A DNA stretch of 64,000 nt from contig NW_005434571.1 of the NCBI RefSeq assembly GCF_000315625.1, positions 126,092 to 190,091 on the forward strand, given 5' to 3'. The notes beneath the pieces were generated by a model. The model did not search any database and had not been told where the DNA came from. It worked only from the letters and a program-made list of their open reading frames with translations. A program made the translations under genes and the position numbers. The first letter of the stretch is position 1; every line of letters starts with the position of its first letter. This stretch comes from Guillardia theta CCMP2712 (lineage: Eukaryota > Protista > Cryptophyta). Shown piece by piece: positions 61,627 to 64,000 of this stretch.

Positions 61627-63540
61627 TCATTCATCGCGAGGGCGAGGCAGGAAGAGACTGGTAACCTGCAAGGCGCGGACTGTGTCCTCAATCAACGCCA
61701 CGAGTTCCCTGCTCTGTCTGACGTCCTCGCAAGAAGCCAGCGCCTGGTGTTGCATTGAGAAAATAGCGATAACAAGAGAGGAGAGGGAGGGAGAGGGAGG
61801 GGATGGGAGGGAGAGAGAGGAGGTGGTGGACGGAGATGAAAAAAAAGAGAGGTAGCAAGAAATAAGGAAGAGGAGAAGAAGGAGACGAGTGAATGAAGGA
61901 GAAGGAAAAGGACTAGATGTGAAAGGGAAGAACGCAAACAGAACCAAGAGAGGTCTGAAGAATGAACGAGGGTAGTGATGGCAAGAAGACCAGACAAGAT
62001 GCCTAAGGGGGTTGAATCGGACACGAGGGGGAAAATGAAACGTGGAAGCCACGCAGATGGAGGGGAAGGAGGGAAAGAAGGGGAGAGGAAAGAAGAGAAG
62101 ATAGGAAAATCCTTGCCTCAGAGGAGGAGTAGATCTTTCCTAACAGAGCCTTGCGGGCGTTGCTGGCGATAGTCTTCTCGTCAGGAAGAAGCTTCGACTA
62201 CCACATCTCATATTACTCGTGCTTTCTTCTAAACAAGGTTAACCAACCTGTAAAGCAGCCAGGTGAACTTGAGAGGACTCGTTGCTGCTGTGAAGCGAGG
62301 ACCTGAGACAAGAGTGGGGATCAGGCATGCCCGTTGTGGTTTGAAAGTTTCAACTTCGTATCATGAGACGGCTGCTCTGCCTTCATCTCAGCATCTCCTG
62401 TCACGTCTCCTCGTGAGCTCTATGGTTGGCTGCTGACATCATTTACCTTTCTTGGCTGATTCCCGGGCACCAGCGAGATTTTGCTGCTATAGTAGGAAGC
62501 AAGGAGAGTAAATATCAGTTTCCTCCTTCCTAAAGATCTTCGTCGACCTGAGGAGCTCCTTGTGATGGCTTGCCAACATACCCGCACATCTCGGAGTTCA
62601 CACAGTGCTGCACGTTGGGCTCACCACTCGATCGTTGCATTGATGAGAACCTTGATAGAAGTCTTCGGATCGAGCATGAGCGGGACAAGGCAACCGTCTT
62701 GCGGGCAGGTCTCGCCCAACAAAGTCCAACCTGCATCAGACGCTTTGAACACAGGCTCCCCCCATCGACCTCGGTACCTTGCAGAAGCTTCTGAGCAATG
62801 GCGTTGCTTGCTTTGTTGGAATCCGTCTTTGAACGGGTCAGGTCGAGAGTGGCAACAAGATGAGAAACCTTGGGCACAGTCATGGATGAAGACGAGGAGA
62901 GTTCTTGAACAAGTTCAGATGGGGTCGGGCAAGAAACCGTAGAGAAATTCAAGGTTACCTGGCCTATAGCAACACAATCGTCAAAAGAAAGAGTCGAGGG
63001 AAGGGATGAGGAACAGGAGAGAATGAGGAGGAGCGCATGTGACATACGCGAAAGAGAATCTAGGAGCAGGTGCTTAATCCGAAGACAGGTTGAGGAGAAG
63101 CAAGGCGAGAAAACGAGGGGTGAAGATAAGGAACAAGGAACCAAACATGAGAGAAGGCGAAGAAGGCGGAAAGCAGGCAGGTCACAAAGAACAGAGGAGT
63201 CTAATCACCTTGTTGTTTCTTCCCTCTTTGCTGAAAGCGTGGTGGTGTCTTGCTTACTTGTTCCAGCCGCGTGCTGAGTTTGATCTTTCATTTCTTTCTT
63301 TCCTTCCTTGACTTCTTCTGCACTTTGACATCACCAACACTCAGTCTTAGGTCAAGGGTCCAACCTTTCTCCGGCGCATCAGGGGAGTCTTTCTTGATGT
63401 GGACATTGCATGCAACACAAAAGAGCTCTCCCTTCCTGTCCAGGAGTGGTTCAACAGAATTGTCTATTTCACTGCTACTGCCCAACCTGCTCCTTACGAG
63501 CGGCGTGTAGACACACTGTGGGCACGCGTCTCCCTGAGGT
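61627..63540 (-). CDS. ZNRD2/SSSCA1 (Auto_anti-p27) family protein with at least two zinc ribbons; multi-exon, 5' part uncertain or outside window
   Basis: GDACPQCVYTPLVRSR|KGELFCVAC and KASNAIAQKLLQ|GWTLLGETCPQDGCLVPLMLDP...CVNSEMC. C-terminal helix ALASCEDVRQSRELVALIEDTVRALQ. Confidence 0.75.
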
Positions 63541-64000
63541 GACTTATCACGCAGTGATAGCTGACGGGTGGAGGAACAACCCCTAGTTGACAGGGGAAGA
63601 GTGTGGGTGTGTGAGAGTGTGGGGGTGGGGGTTGATGGGTATGTAGGTGTGGAAGGGAGGGCGGGGAAGGAGTAGGAGCAGAAGTTGGAATTGGAGTAGG
63701 AATAAGAGCAGAAGTGGGATTACACGTTAAGGGGTAGGTGCAGGAGTAGAAATAAAAGTAGGAGTGGGAGTGGGAGTGGGAGTGGGAGTGGGAGTAGGAG
63801 GAGGAGAAAAAGGGGAAGGGGTGGAAGGGGGCAGGAGGAGGAGGAGAGGAGGAGGAGGAGAGGAGGAGGAGGAGAGGAGTGGCTGCTGAGACGAGCCATG
63901 GAGGAGGAGGAGGAGATAGCAGGGACGGGAGGGTCTCAAAATTAACACTGGGAAGAAAGCAGCTCAGTGAGGGCTAGGAGAGTTTTCTGTTTACAACCTT

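Noticed and set aside
63600-63930. (GGGAGT)n/(GGA)n tract as telomeric repeat or a Pro/Thr-rich ORF
   Set aside because: Short, impure low-complexity sequence matching the CT-rich introns seen elsewhere on the minus strand.
1-64000. tRNA, rRNA or other structured ncRNA genes
   Set aside because: None recognised by eye; tRNAscan-SE or Infernal would be needed to exclude them.

Overview
Eukaryotic nuclear DNA with gene-dense coding regions and many short (about 45-130 nt) spliceosomal introns, often CT-rich. This style resembles a cryptophyte such as Guillardia theta, but that is inference only. There is a 100-N assembly gap at 19637-19736. Genes, left to right: a 5'-truncated kinesin-14; a TRAF-zinc-finger/coiled-coil/beta-helix protein; a secreted S8 subtilase of about 2300 aa with nested domain insertions; an ankyrin/EF-hand/coiled-coil protein; a RAD51AP1-like protein; a giant spliced gene (about 14 kb) with MORN repeats, two DUF4062+NACHT-like STAND modules and a polyQ-interrupted LamG domain; two small paralogous CxHGTCAxVGxCxR proteins; an FMRP-like Agenet-KH-KH protein fused to a PNPase-type KH-S1 module; P5C reductase; two tandem HTH(CENP-B/psq)+PB1 putative transcription factors; an intron-containing Crypton tyrosine-recombinase transposon followed by a 14-bp minisatellite; Cdc14; and a ZNRD2/SSSCA1-like gene. 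The most striking non-coding signal is a set of about seven very GC-rich intergenic islands. At least three are copies of one dispersed repeat, which was probably coding. Each copy keeps near-identical anchor blocks but is independently broken up by short insertions from a narrow, often palindromic or duplicative vocabulary. This may be an undescribed insertion-mutagenesis or genome-defence process.
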